Source: Octopus sinensis (taxonomy: Eukaryota). From it: a stretch of DNA of 64,000 nucleotides. Below, piece by piece: positions 47,731 through 61,300 of this stretch. Position 1 is the stretch's first letter; each line of letters starts with the position of its first letter. Made by a program: the position numbers and the translations under genes. The stretch covers positions 21,452,001 through 21,516,000 of the forward strand of contig NC_043016.1 in NCBI RefSeq assembly GCF_006345805.1. The letters are read 5' to 3'. The notes under the pieces are model-generated. The model was given only the letters and a program-made list of their open reading frames with translations. It was not told the origin of the DNA and made no database searches.

Positions 47731-49850
47731 TACTAATACATAATATAAGTATCTATGTACATGTATATACACATATAATGCATCTCCATGCGTATTTCTA
47801 AATATACAACTTAGGTGTTACAAGCTAGAAAAAGAAAACAAAAAAGAAAATAAGAAAATGATAAGTGGTCGGAGAAAGAAAAATAGAAAGAGAAAGAGAA
47901 AAAATAGATAGAGAGAGATAAATGATTTGGAAGTTGGCGTTCCCAAAAAGTATCTAACAAATGTTAGATACTTCTGTAAGCTTGCAAATGCACACATATA
48001 GAACAGACATATATATGTACAGAAATACGTACATATATACAATAGTAACACACATGTAGACATGCATACAAATATACAATTAAGCATATATGTAGATATA
48101 TATATCTACATACATATATCCACATCAAGATACATAGATACACCATAATGTATATACACATACAGATGTATTGAAAACTGTCAGGTGTAAGTGTAGTTTA
48201 AATATATAAATTTTAAAAAATATATAAATTTCAAATTTAAAAAGGAGAATGAGTAAAAATGCGTAAATATTTAACCTTGGTAAAATTTGAATTTGAATTT
48301 AAATTTGCAAATGAATTGAAGGCTTTTGTAAAATTCAAATGTAAAATATGAAGGCAAAATATGTACCAGCATTGTAATACTACAAGATGTCTATATTTTA
48401 GGTATAAAAGCCAAATTCAAATGCAAAATTTTTCAAAAGACAAAAAATTATTCATATGATATTTTTTGACATTTTAAACTTTGTAGTGTGCCTGCAAGAA
48501 TTTAAAAGCTCTCGTCTTTGGTTCAATGCATGTTATTCCTAGAACACAATGAAGAATTTTTCAGAGAGGCAGAGATTTCATCTCATTGGTTATCTATATG
48601 CCCCATGTTTATATGGTGCTGCTTTCTCCAAAATTGCCCAGCTGATATTGAAAGGACAGGTATCATTTCCTTCAGTTGCCAGATGTGTTTTGCAAGACTT
48701 GTTGCTGACCTATTTTGGGGCATTGAAAAGAATTTCAGTGGGAATAAAACCTAGTCTTGGAGGAATTCCTTGAAGCTCCTGTGTATGTTTTATATTGTTG
48801 TGAGCCATCTATTTGTACTTTAGCTCTATAAACTATTCCTTTCTCAAGACATTTTCCTTCTAACAGACAGCAACTCTGATCTTTAAAATTGCAATTCTTC
48901 TGGTTAAACTCAGCACTGTGGTTGCTTCTAATGATTTTTGTGCTGTGTTGATTAATTAAAGAGGTGAAGTTTTTGCAACAAGAACAGCTAGTCATCACTG
49001 TTCTCCTATTAAAAATTCTATAGAACTCATGGCTAGTTTGAAAATGTTTAGAAACTACCTATATTTGTTTTTACAGCAATGTTAAATGCTGGATTAAACC
49101 ACAAAACTTTCCTAGTTCTAGTTCTACATGTTCTATTATGGCTAGAAGTAGTTTGACTATACTGAATTTTCTCTGAGAATCAACTGTTCTTTAATGCATT
49201 ATTATAATATGGTGTGGCATTTTGAAATGCTATTTCATCTGAAGATATGGATGATATGCACCTTCCTATATTACTAACTAGATTCTTAAGAATTACAGGT
49301 GGATGGTTTGATTCTTTGTTAATATAAAGTAGCTTTTCATTGAGCTTATGGTAGGGTTTTTAATCTAATTGCAAATGTAAGATAATGTCTAAAAAATCTA
49401 TATTATTAATGTTACTTTCTATCATTATCAGTAAGCCCTTTCTTTGGAAGAAAGTAATAAGATTCTTCCGATATATATATAAAATTCTTCCTACATACAC
49501 ACACATTAAGACATATATCAATAAAACCTATTAATTAAACATTTTAAAAACCAAGGTTTCTTTTCTGAACTAGAATAAAATTCAAGAAAGCTTGTATTTG
49601 CATAGAAGATATTTAACTACATTCATTTCTTTTGCTTAAATTATTGGTGCCTTTCATCAAAATTTTATTTTTTGCTCAAAGGTTACCATATATCTTTGAT
49701 TCAAAGGTCCCATTCCTGTAAGGTTGTGCATTATGTACAATAGACTAGGTAATTTTGAATTCATAAGGACTTGTCTCCTGTAAGAATCATATAAACTTTA
49801 ACAAAGCCATAGCACTGTGAACCATTGCACTGTAAACTATTGACTTAAGC
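47077..49850 (-). mobile_element. Penelope-like element (RT thumb + GIY-YIG) with pseudo-LTR duplication
   Basis: YINKESNHPPVILKNL, CLLEGKCLEKGIVYRAKV..KTYTGAS..KTRFYSH, SLAKHIWQLK, NLCLSEK. The ORF 3' end (~113 bp) occurs at both 48478-48592 and 47186-47300. Confidence 0.88.
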
Positions 49851-50324
49851 CAAACAGTTATTATCTGGTGGACAGTTCTCATGAATTCTATAGTTGCATG
49901 ATCTTTGTTGGCTAGCTGCTTGCTCCTCTCTTCTATTCATCTTCATGGCATTATGACCTCTGATATAACATCCAAAATAGCAAACCTTAATTTATCATTT
50001 TTGGTGAATCAGTCCAACCCATGCCAGCATGGAAAACCTATATTAACAGATGATGATGATGATGTAATGATGATGATATATATATATTCCCCATCTCCTT
50101 CACCAACCAAAACCCACAATCACCATACTGTTATGAATCTGAAAGTTTGAAATATTTATGCATTCAACATTTTCCATAGTGATAGCATACAGGTCACAAA
50201 TACCATGTTATTTACTGAAATGTTTCTTGTTTCAGAGTCACTCAGAACTTTGATTCTGCATATATTGTCCTCAAGTCCAAAGAAAGACAATGGATATGTC
50301 TCTTGTTAAATTTATAGTTAATCA

Positions 50325-51120
50325 TCATTGTCATCATCACCGTCGTTTAACGTCCATTTTCTATGCTAGCATGGGTTGGACAGTTCGACCGGGGTCTGGG
50401 AAGCCAGGAGGCTGCACCAGGTTCCAGTCTGATCTGGCAGTGTTTCTACAGCTGGATGCCCTTCCTAACGTTGACCACTCCGTGAGTGTAGTGGGTGCTT
50501 TTTACGTGCCACCAGCACAGGTGCCAAGCAAGGCTGGCAACAGCCATGATCAGTTGGTGCTTTTTACATGCTACCGGCATGGAAGTCAGTCAAGGCTGCA
50601 CTGGCATCAGCTACGTTCAGATGGTGCCTTTTATGTGCCACCGGCACAGGGATCACAACTACAATTTCCATTGATTTTTGATGTTGATGTACTTGACTCA
50701 ATAGGTCTCCTGAAGCACAGGGTCAAAATGGTGTTTCTTTACTTTCCACCTGCACAGGAGTCAGTCCAGCAGCACTGGCAACGACTGGGTGCCAGTCATC
50801 GAATTTGGTTCAATTTCGATATCACTCACCCCAACAGGTCTTCGCAAGCAGAGTTTAGTGTCCAATGAAGGGAGGTTGGCATGGGTGCTAGTCGTTGGAT
50901 GTGGTTAGATTTCGAATTCATTTTCGATTTCTCTTGCCTCAACAGGTCTTCGCAAACAGAGTTTTATGTCCAAAGAAGGAAAGGTATGCATAAGTGGGTT
51001 GGCTACATCCCCGGCAAAGGCTACGGGTTATGGACTTACTTGTCCTGCCAGGTCTTCTCATGCACAGCATATTTCCAAAGGTCTCGGTCACTGGTCATTG
51101 CCTCGGTGAGGCCTAATGTT
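50325..51120 (-). mobile_element. RTE LINE 3' portion (ORF2 end + 3' UTR + (GAT)n tail)
   Basis: Minus strand TLGLTEAMTSDRDLWKYAVHEKTWQDK*, followed by the common repeat 3' end. Confidence 0.85.
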
Positions 51121-51559
51121 AATATTATTTATAAATGAAAAATCAGTTGTATATAAGACTTCCAAGGACATCAGTTCCTGATTTCATCATTGATTTCAAG
51201 CTATTCATGTAGAAATATTCCAAAAGAGCTCAAAAACACAAACAAAAGCTAGCACATGGGTATTTTATATAGGAAAGGAAAAACAGAACTTTCCAATAAA
51301 GCAATATATAAAAAAAATTAAATAGTGTAGAATCATAACTGAATATTCAATTCTCCTGTCAATTTTCTTTCTTGGACCATGCTATGAAATATTGAACCCT
51401 TCTTGCTCAAACCTGTTTGTTTTTATTATGTTTTATCTCTGAAATTATTTTGGATTCCTTACCAGGCTGACACACATATTGGCTCTGGATTGCACAGAAC
51501 TAAAGTTAAGTTACAATCATGTACTATATCCAAGGTTCCACAAAATCAGTAAAAAGACA

Positions 51560-52320
51560 TTGATATTACAGCTTCATACAATCTGTTGTAGTAAAACAAT
51601 GAACTCAGTTGTAATTTATTGACTAAAAATAACAGCTTCATACTATCATCATTAGTACATCATTATCACAGCTCCACACAGTTATTTGTACTTCACTAAC
51701 TTCATATCAGTTGTCGGATACCAGAATCACAACTTTACAACATGAGTTGTAATACATTTAATATTTCAGCTTCAGTGAATCAGTTGTATATTGATTTGAT
51801 ATTGTTTCCCACAGTCGTAACACATTGATATCACTGCTTCACATGATCACTTAAAGTATATGAATACCTTAGCTTCATACAATCAAAAGTAGTAATATTG
51901 AGATCATACCTTCACACAATCGGCTGTTGTACATTGTTATCACAACTTCATACCATCATCACTTGTAGTACAATGGTATCACAACTTGATACAGTCAATT
52001 CTACTACATTGGTATTGCAGTTCATACCATCAATTATAGTATATTGGACATAATATCATGGCTTCACATAATCGATTGTACTACAATAATATCACAGCTT
52101 CATGTGGATGTAGGTCACTGATATTGCAGCTGCAAAAAATCAGTTGCAGTAAATAAATATCAAAGTTTCACACAGCCTGTGCAATAAGTTGGTTTTTCTT
52201 TCACAGTTTCACTCAGCCAGTTATAAAGTAATGTTTGAAGCTGTAAAATCAAATTAATCAATTATAGCACAATTATATCACAATTTTGCATGATCAGCTG
52301 TAGTGTGTTAATGTCCTGAT
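51560..52320. repeat. Degenerate ~36-bp minisatellite
   Basis: Recurring unit close to CATTGATATCACAGCTTCATACAATCAGTTGTAGTA, roughly 20 diverged copies. Confidence 0.7.
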
Positions 52321-52494
52321 TTCATTGTTAGTTATAGTGCATTAGTGTGTGCATGTGTATGTGTGTAAGTATGTCATTGTTCAGTTTTATTTCAAGATTG
52401 CTTGCCAATAAAGAGCTGGTTTCTAACCTAGATCCAAAGTTCTGTTATTGGAATTGCAACGTCAACAACAGGGTATTTGTGTTTGTATGTATCA

Positions 52495-54245
52495 TCATCA
52501 TCATCATCATCATTTAATGTCCATTGTCCTTGCTGGCATGGGTAGGGCAGTTTGACTAGGATTGGCAAGCTGCACCAGACTTCACTCTGTTTTGGCATGG
52601 TTTCTACAGCTGGATACCCTTCCTAATACCAACCAATCATGAGAGTGTAATGGGTGCTTTTACATGCCACCGGCATGGGTGTCATTTGTGCAACACTAGG
52701 ATCTTCCACAACTGTGGTTTTACTTGGCTTGATGGGTCTTCTTCGCAAGCACGGCATAATGCCAAATGGATTCAGTCATTGCCTCTGTGAGGCCCAATGC
52801 TTGAAGCCCAGCATAATGGCAAATGGTCTCGGTCCTTGCCTCCATGAGACCCAGTACTCAAAAGGTGTCTTTATGTGCCACCAGCATGGGTGCCATTTGC
52901 ATGACACTGGTATCTGCTATGACTGTGATTTTACTTGGCTTGATGGATCTTCCCAAGCACACCATAATGCCAAAGGTCTCAGTCATTGCCTTTCTGAGGC
53001 CCAACATCTGAAAGCAGCTCAACCACTTTGCCTCCATGAGTCTCAATGCTCGAAAGGTGCTTTTTTGTGCCACCTGCATGGGTGCCAGTTATGTGACACC
53101 AGCATCATCCACAACTGTGATTTCACTTGGCTTGATGGGTCTTCTCAAGTACAGTGTATCGCTAAAGGTCTTGGTCAGTAGTCATTGCCTCTGTGAGGCT
53201 CAAAGTTCGGAGATCATGCTTCACCACTTCATCTCAAGTTTTCCTGGGTCTGCCTCTACTACTGGTTCCTCCACAGTTATGGATTGACACTTCTTTACAC
53301 AGCTATCCTTGTAATTATGCATCACATGACCATACTAGTGCATGCATCTTATGCCTAACTTTTCTCACAAGATGCTTACACTCTGTCAAACATGCACACT
53401 GACATTGCACATCCAGCAAAGCATACTGACTCCATTCCTTTCAAACCTACTCATCTTCTCAACTGTCACAGCCCATGTTTCACTGCCATGCAGCATAGTT
53501 GTTCACACACATAGTCATCATACAATCTGCTTTTCACTCTGAGGCAGGAGCTCTTTAAACTTTGGTTAGCCTAATCTTATTCTGACAGCTATACTCTTGA
53601 AGCATCCACTTCTGCTACTAACTTGATCACCTATGTAATGGAAGCTATCTACTACCTCTAGCTTACCCTCATGGCAGTTGATGGAGTATATTTTCTGTAC
53701 ATATTTGGTGTTTATTGTACCTGTGTATCTACCACACACAAAAGTTATTTTCCGTTATCCTTCCTTTTATATGGCTGCACATTTTATGTGTCCAAAGCTT
53801 ATACCGGGTGCACCTTATAGAGTTACTACCTACACTTTTCCAACAGATCAAGCAGGGCCATCTACCTGAAGGGACTTATGATTTGTATCCCTTCCTACTT
53901 GCTAAGACTCTGGTTTTTGCTAGGTTAATGCTAAGGGCCTTCGATTCTAGGCCTTGCTTCTATACCAGGAACACCTTCTCTAGTTCTGATTGTAATTCAG
54001 CTATAAGAACAAGGTCATCAGATTAGAGGAGCTCCCAGGGGCAGCCTGTCTTAAATTCCTCTGTTATTGCTTGGAGGACTATGATGAACAAGAGGGGGTT
54101 TAGGACCGCTCTTTAGTGAACCCCCTACTTGTACCCTGAATTCTTTGCTGTACTTGTCAATACTCACCTTACTGGTAGTAGTGTCTCTGTACATAGTTTG
54201 TACAGCTCTCACTAGCCACTTGTCTGTCCCTAGTTTCTGCACTGA
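52495..54245 (-). mobile_element. RTE LINE, 5'-truncated in RT, with triplicated ORF2 terminus
   Basis: MQKLGTDKWLVRAVQTMY, GCPWELL.SDDLVL; three ~200-bp units at 52690-53215; (GAT)n tail at 52495. Confidence 0.85.
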
Positions 54246-54344
54246 CCCCTAGATAAGGGATCAGGGGATCCTGTCAAAAGCTTTCTCCAAGTCAACAAAA
54301 GCTAAGTACAGCGGTTTATGTATATGTTTGTATGTCTGTCTGTA

Positions 54345-55333
54345 TGTATATGTGTATTGTATGTATGTATGTATGTATGTATGTATGTATGTATGTATGT
54401 ATGTATGTATGTGTGTATGTATGTATGTATACTTATCATATCTGTCAGGTATGTGGAAGAGAGTGTAATTCGGCAGGAGGACTTAAACGACATGCAAAGG
54501 TACATGAAGCACAGTTACAACTACAGCTGGCTATTACCGGTAAATGTTTTAGCTGCCAATTATGTACAAGACATTGTAGATCTTTAGCTGGGCTAAAAAG
54601 TCACATTCAATCACAGCACCAATACCAGATAAGCTTCGTGCAATGGCCATACTCGATAACGAGGGGGCAGCCATCATGTATGTATGTATGTATATATGTA
54701 TGTATGTATGCATGTATGTATGTATGTATGTATGTATGTATGTATGTATGTATGTATGTATGTATGTATGTATGTATGTATGTATGTATGTATGTATGTA
54801 TGTATGTATGTATGTATGTATGACACAGGAGTTTCAGTTGTTGATAGGGAGAGGGAGACACAAGACCAAAATGGATGGAGGAAGTAGTTGTTCAAAGTTT
54901 GAAAGAGAGACAATGCAGCATGAGAAGATTAAGGGAAGGCTTAGAAGGAATGAACCTACGGAAAATGAGGGAGTGTTACTTTTTTGTTTGTGTGATTTGT
55001 GGGAGAAAATGCTTGATTGTGCAGGCTTGGTCAGTCATCAGAGAACTCACACTACTGTAAATGGTGATAAGGCTATTGTTCCCAACAGAACATGTGCAGC
55101 CTGTGGAAAGGTGTGCCTTTCAGTTGGAGGATTGAAAAGACATGTCAAAAGAGTTCGTACTGTGGCACCTGTTTCTTCTGACAGCCAGCACAGCTGTGCA
55201 TTATGCAATAGAATGTGTTCGTTTTTGACCAGACTCAAGAGCCACACAAGGGCTTTACATTGCATCACTGCTTCTTTCTAGCAATGATTTTGCTCGTAGA
55301 CGAGAAAGCAACTATGTATATACGTATGTATGT
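54345..55333 (+). mobile_element. Two tandem LINE 3' fragments with multiple C2H2-type zinc fingers, bounded by (TATG)n
   Basis: CQVCGRECNSAGGLKRHAKVH, CQLCTRHCRSLAGLKSHIQSQH; CAACGKVCLSVGGLKRH, CALCNRMCSFLTRLKSHTRALH; related 3' ends GCAATG..CTCG..ACGAG..GCA(G/A)C. Confidence 0.7.
54676..54822. repeat. (TATG)n microsatellite
   Basis: Near-perfect ~147-bp array. Confidence 0.98.
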
Positions 55334-56199
55334 AAAAGAAAAAGCCTATCCGTCTATACATAGTGTGTTAGCTAAAATCTATTGAAATATCGTCCAATCC
55401 AAGCTAGTATGGAACGTGGACGTCAAATGACAATAATTATATTTTCTAATGTAATAAAGCATTGAAACAAAAACATAGTTAATGCGCCACTAATTTACCG
55501 TAGCAGTTTATATTTTGATATAAACAGTTATCATGAACATAACAAATAATTGCCTGATGACAATCTTCTTTAATTAACTCTTAACTATTGGAGAGGTCGA
55601 AGTTCAAAGGTAAGTATTGTCATCTAGCCACGAGGAACTTATTTCGATAAACATGTTCTTGTTCAAACACTCTAGAGTTACTTCCCCTAATAACCCGGTT
55701 GGTTCAGTTTTTCGCTTAACAGTTATAAACTTTCTGTCCCAACAGCAACTTTTACAATGAAGGTATGTTGTTAAATTCTCTTAATAGATCCTTCGTTCTT
55801 TTAATCCTTTTATTCTGAAATGTATATATGAACATAAATAAGTGGTCTGTTAATATTTTCTTAATAATAATTCTTCAAATCTATATTTACACTAACATTT
55901 AAACACTCTTCGTACTGTTTACGTTGCCTTTCTTCGTTGCACCTGTTGTTTACTCTCTGTACACATACACATATTGTTTATTTCATATAATATCGCTATA
56001 TGTATTGCTTCATTAATGGATTTCTTTGAGATACGTGTATTTACAATGGTTTTTGTAAAGCAAAATACTGATAAAAAAATTTTGAGTACACGCCCACTTA
56101 AGTACATCAGGTCTGCGAATACATTCGAAACATCATCTAGCTTTAAACTTTTAATATTCTGTGCCTATGCGTGTGCGCTTGATAGATACATACATACAT

Positions 56200-56230
<31 letters not shown>

Positions 56231-56769
56231 TATAGAAAGAGAGAGAGAATTTAACGTTCCTCTGTATAAATACATTGGTAAAAATATCTCGTCCAATAAG
56301 CCAGTTAGTAATACCTACCAGATCCTAGCCAGATAATACTTTTGGCAAATGAGTGTTCCCTCAGAAAACATTTGGTACATCATTTTGATACTTTTGGTAA
56401 ATATCTGAGATATATTAATACAAGGAAAATAGTGCACCAGAGATGCCAGAAAGACCAACGGTACAATTATAGCCTTATGGGCAACAAAGAAGTTATTGTA
56501 TTAAATCATGTTGATCTGATTTCTCAGAATGGTAATTGGAAATTTCATCACCAAATAGTTACCTGAAGAAATCTGAGAGATTTTTTTGTAGAAGATGTAA
56601 GTTGGTGAGTTCATGGATATACTGAGCTGTTTCAGATGATAGCTTAGAAAGATATATATATGCACTCAGGATATTCGGGCTAAATCTGACAGTGTGCATT
56701 AAAGGAAAAGAAAACTCAATATTCCATCCAAGGTATTATAAAGAATCAGAAAATGTCCACTAGATTATT

Positions 56770-57150
56770 GCTAGGAGATAACATTCTACTCAAAGTAGAT
56801 GCCCTCAAGACAGCTCCAGAACCTGGCACAGGCATTCCTCACTGTGTCTCTGGGAAGATCTTTGAACACCTCCTTGATCTTGGCCACCAGCTTGGCCTTG
56901 GTGCTGCAGCCTGCATGGAGCAGTTGATATCTTTCTCAACTACACCCTACACAGAAGAATCCAAAGGATTACAACCAAGGAGATTAGGAAGCCAGAAATT
57001 AGTGCTGGTGAAGTCATAGAAATCCTGCTGCCACACATATGGCATTCTAGCCAAAATTTCAACACAAACTCCAAGATTTCACCACAAAGTAAGATGTATA
57101 GTGACTTCAAACTCGAGCTCCACACTTTTTCACTAGTATAAAACATAACT
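56770..57150 (-). mobile_element. Tc1/mariner DD37D (maT-like) transposase C-terminal remnant
   Basis: Minus strand PYVWQQD, FYDFTS.NFW.PN...NP.D....GVVEKD, KIKEVFKDLPRDTVRNACARF. Confidence 0.75.
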
Positions 57151-58329
57151 GATGTCTGATAAATGAAGAAATGAAGCAGTACAATATGAAATGCCTCTTA
57201 TACAGTACCCAACAGAATGATGTTAGGATTTAAAGTTTAACATTGACTTAGAGCTGGAACTAACCACTGGAGGCACGTTAAAATGTATGCATATATGTTG
57301 CCTAAACTAACAGAGAGTGCAGCAAAGAATGTGGTTCCCATAATAAAAAACACATTCTTGCAAAAACAGATAGAAAAACTGCAAATGGCAAAATAATAGT
57401 GTAAAGAGCATGTGTATGCAAGCTTGGTACAAAAATAACTGATGACATCAAAAGCAAGTCCGCAAGATTGTAGAATTGATGTGAGAGTTAGTTCTGCTAA
57501 AGCTTGAATTTAAAAGTTCTATCAGGTGTCCATCAGGAACTACTCCCAGAGCTAAAATTTTCATGAAAAGAACGAATGAAAAAGTTAGTTGCCATCATGT
57601 GTATGCATGTGGTGTGTACAGCGAGTGCATAAAGACATGTAAATATTCAAGTCAATATGAATGAGTGTACATAAAGCAAGTGAAAATAAGAGATGAAAGA
57701 AACATGATATATAAACTAAATGGAAAAACGGGAATGTTTCAAGCAAAACATCGCTGTTTCAAAAATGAAAATCGAGCACAATCAATAAAAATATTGTGAG
57801 AAATAACAGTCAAATGTCCAATGTCCATTGTTTTTTCTTGCTAAAATTAATGTTTTTAACAATGAAGATATCATTTTAGTAAAAAGTGCTTCAGGTAACA
57901 TATTTGTAGAATGTTTATAGAGAAAATTTCTTGTTCTCTATTTTTGTATACATTTGTTCTGTATTTCTTTATTGTGCTTGCTTTACAGTGTCTGACAAAA
58001 GTTCTCTGTGTGAAAAGTGTATGGTTGCATATCATTTAGATGTTGGATGTCATGAAATTTGTATTGTGTACATGTAACAATGTAATGCAGTTGCAAAAGC
58101 TCTTTGAGGCAGCAATCACTAACTCAAAGAGATTAAAACAGAAGATGATGATTCATGTTAAATTCAAAGGAAGACCTTTTGATAGAAATATATTGTAAAG
58201 CTTGGATGTTACAATGAAGGGTTGTGGTTCAGTGTATGACAGATAAGAAGCTATGGTAATGCAACATAGAAATACTTAAAAGTCTCTGTTAGACCGACTT
58301 GAGAAATGTCACTTCAGTGAGAGAAAGAG

Positions 58330-61300
58330 AAAATGTTACCAAGAAAAACATATTAGTCTAAAGAAATATGATTTTCTTGGTCCAAAGTCTGTAATATATT
58401 AATATAAAAGTTACTACTGTTGAAGCTCATTAGATTACGTTCTTATTGGATGATAAATGGAATGAGTTTAAGGAAATCCATGTCATCTCATAGACAACTG
58501 TGGAACAGTGGGCATAAGGGTTTACAAAGTAGATCTAAAAGATGACATAAATGTTATGTTGGAGATTGTGTCCTGCAACTAATTGTCCTAATTTAAGTAA
58601 CCTACCACTTTTAGACATCCACATAAAAGTATACAACTCCAGGGTAATATATTTTGCAAAGAAAACAGACACATATCAGCACTTCAATTCTTACGCTTGC
58701 CATCCCTCACACATCAAATGGAATATTCTGTATTGTGTGGTGAGATGTATCTGTGGGCAATCTAAAATTATGTAAAATTTGACACATTGTACTTAGAAGC
58801 TTTCTACAACTTCAACACTACCTCCTGAAGCTAATAGATAGTAGGATTAAAAAAGCAAAGGGATTCACATATCACAATTCAGGACATCTAGAAAGTTGAA
58901 AAGAATATTATTGCCCTTCTCAACCCACATGATCCAAGAATGAAAAATATATCCACCTTCATAAAAGCAAATCTACCAATCCTATTTCAAATCCTCAAAA
59001 TGAGAGGTCTTGTCAAAGAAAATTGTGTAATGAATAGTGAATGTCAAGCAAAAAAGATTTAAGAAATATTTCACAAGGCCAGAATTCATGTTATTCATGC
59101 CAGAGGATAACCCAAAACTTCGTGTAATAGCTTGTGGGGACAGCAGATATGGAATCATTTCAACTATTTGGAAAGTGGATCCTGTGTAATGGGGTAAAAA
59201 CACAGCTCACCTACCTCACAGATCCTCTTTTGATGTCGATCTAGGCTATAACTATGAATGTTCTGCATGTCTAACCTTTAGTATGCCTAACCTAGTGGCA
59301 AATTTTCTGAACTCACATGGCCACATCAGTCCCAAGCAACAGCCCCAAAGTAAAAAAGGTTCATGTTAGTTGTTTTCCCTCTCACTTGACTTTTCTTGCT
59401 CCTGTCCTGACAAGGTGCCTTAACCATTCATGTGACATCATTGACCCTTTGCTTCTGTCAAGGCCCCAGCCCCACATGACTTCCTGATTTCTAAGATAAC
59501 CTCATCATCTCTCTTTATGTCAAAATTCACCATCCACCTTAGCAGATACTTGTCCCTTTGTCATCTCCACAGAGATGGAGTGCTGTTTGCATCCTTTCTT
59601 CCTCCTTTGTCATCCAACAACTTGACAATCCTGTGAACATCCAAGATATGATATGGTATTCTATCTAGAGACATGTTATTTTGAGAATTCACAGTTGTTA
59701 CTATTCCTTTTCCCCCATTGAAACATGCAACAAACATTTGGAGGCTTGACCTAGACTTCATTCCCTACTTTGCACAAAGGCAGCCCCTCTCTCTTCCCAG
59801 TTTACTGTGATACCATACACAGATGTCATCATTCATATCTGTATGTTGCTCTGCATGGCACCAACTCCCCAGCCTGTCCTCACTGGGTGACATATTATAC
59901 CAAAATACTGCCTCAGTTGGTGAGATATGTTCCCTCCCCACCATGGCTTTGATCATGTGATGGTGTCTCTCCATGATCCAATTTCCACTCAGCCTATATG
60001 CTACTCTGAAGAAGTGATTCATGTTCCATCCATCAAGCATTTCCTTCAACACCTCCAAGTGAAATGCAGTGCTGATGTCCATCAGTAATTCACCCACAGG
60101 GCTCTGCTCCAGGAATATTGCATTCAGGATTCGTGCAGCTTCATCTGCAGTCCCCATCTTGATTTCCTTCCATATTGCCATCTGTCCTGGTTCACAGTCA
60201 ATCATCAAGAGATATATCCTCTGCCAGTAGTGAGTCACATCCACTGTCAATTGTTTCCCATTATATTTCACTGAGATGTTTCCTGGAGTGGAGTTGGTGG
60301 ATTGACATCTGTCACAACTCCCAACCAATTTCTGAATGCACTATCTAGTAACAACTTTCTTGGCTAGGTATAGAGTCCTGTCCACTCCCACATGATGTGC
60401 GGTAGGCAGTCTCTCTTTAACTCCAAGTCATTCACCCAACACACTGCAGCTATCCCCCACTCCAAATTCTCTGGCACTTCCAGCCTTGGTTAGGATGTAT
60501 GTCTTATTTCTTTACCAAGGGCACAAAGACCATGCTTAACTTCAGACTGAATTCAGCAGTTAGCTCTCCCAGAATCCCTCAGTAAAGCTTTATTAACATC
60601 TCTGCTTCTCCTTTTGTTTGGATACTCCTCTCATGAATGATCACTTATCCTACTCATGCAAACACAATGGCCTATTTTGTTCAATTCTTGATAGTATGCA
60701 GCCTTATATCAAGGCCAGATTCACTCCTTTTGGTATTGTATCCAATTCAACTACGTTGATGTGGTTGCAATCATCCATTTTCCTGAGCCAGATGGCGTCC
60801 TTCACCTCAGTGCCCCCTATTTCCAGAATATTCTCTATTACTAATCTGCTAGCATCACACCATGTGGTTCCCTTCTCCATTTGGGCACAAATTAGCTTCC
60901 ACTTACCGGGTCTGCCACTCTTACCCACCGTCCCCTCTCTTAGCCACTGTCCTATCTCTCCCACTTTATTCCCCCAGCTCATCCCATCCTTTTATCTCTT
61001 GATGTAGCTATATGCTGTTGGGATCCAAGCTGCAATTGTTTAGTAAACTAACAGTTTCCCACACATTGGAAACAGTTCTTGCTTGTTCATATTGGTATCC
61101 AATTTTGGAATTTCATTTCTTCTCCAAAATATATCAGCCTTGTCTCTTCACAGTATGAACCCCAGTCCAGCTCCTCTGGCAGTTTTGTGGTTAGTTCAAA
61201 CTTCTTTATGACCTGTGACCTCTGTTGCTGACACCACAGTCTCGTTCACTAAGATGTCATCAATATAGTAACTGGTGCCTTTTCTTCACCTTGTCCTCCT

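Noticed and set aside
47948-47973. Perfect 12-bp hairpin AAGTATCTAACA-aa-TGTTAGATACTT
   Set aside because: Lacks hammerhead core nucleotides on either side; no function can be assigned beyond a small inverted repeat.
51560-52320. CRISPR-like array (36-bp repeats)
   Set aside because: Units are contiguous and diverged with no unique spacers, there are no cas genes, and the context is eukaryotic.
54432-55281. Host C2H2 zinc-finger transcription factor gene
   Set aside because: No TGEKP linkers, frameshifts present, no splice sites, and it ends in LINE-like 3' ends with microsatellite tails.
57950-58080. Cys-rich peptide CEKCMVAYHLDVGC (piggyBac-like C-terminal domain)
   Set aside because: Too short and isolated, with no TIR or catalytic domain found.
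59765-60328. Domesticated integrase gene
   Set aside because: Lies in normal position within a two-LTR element whose other domains are frameshifted; no sign of separate conservation.
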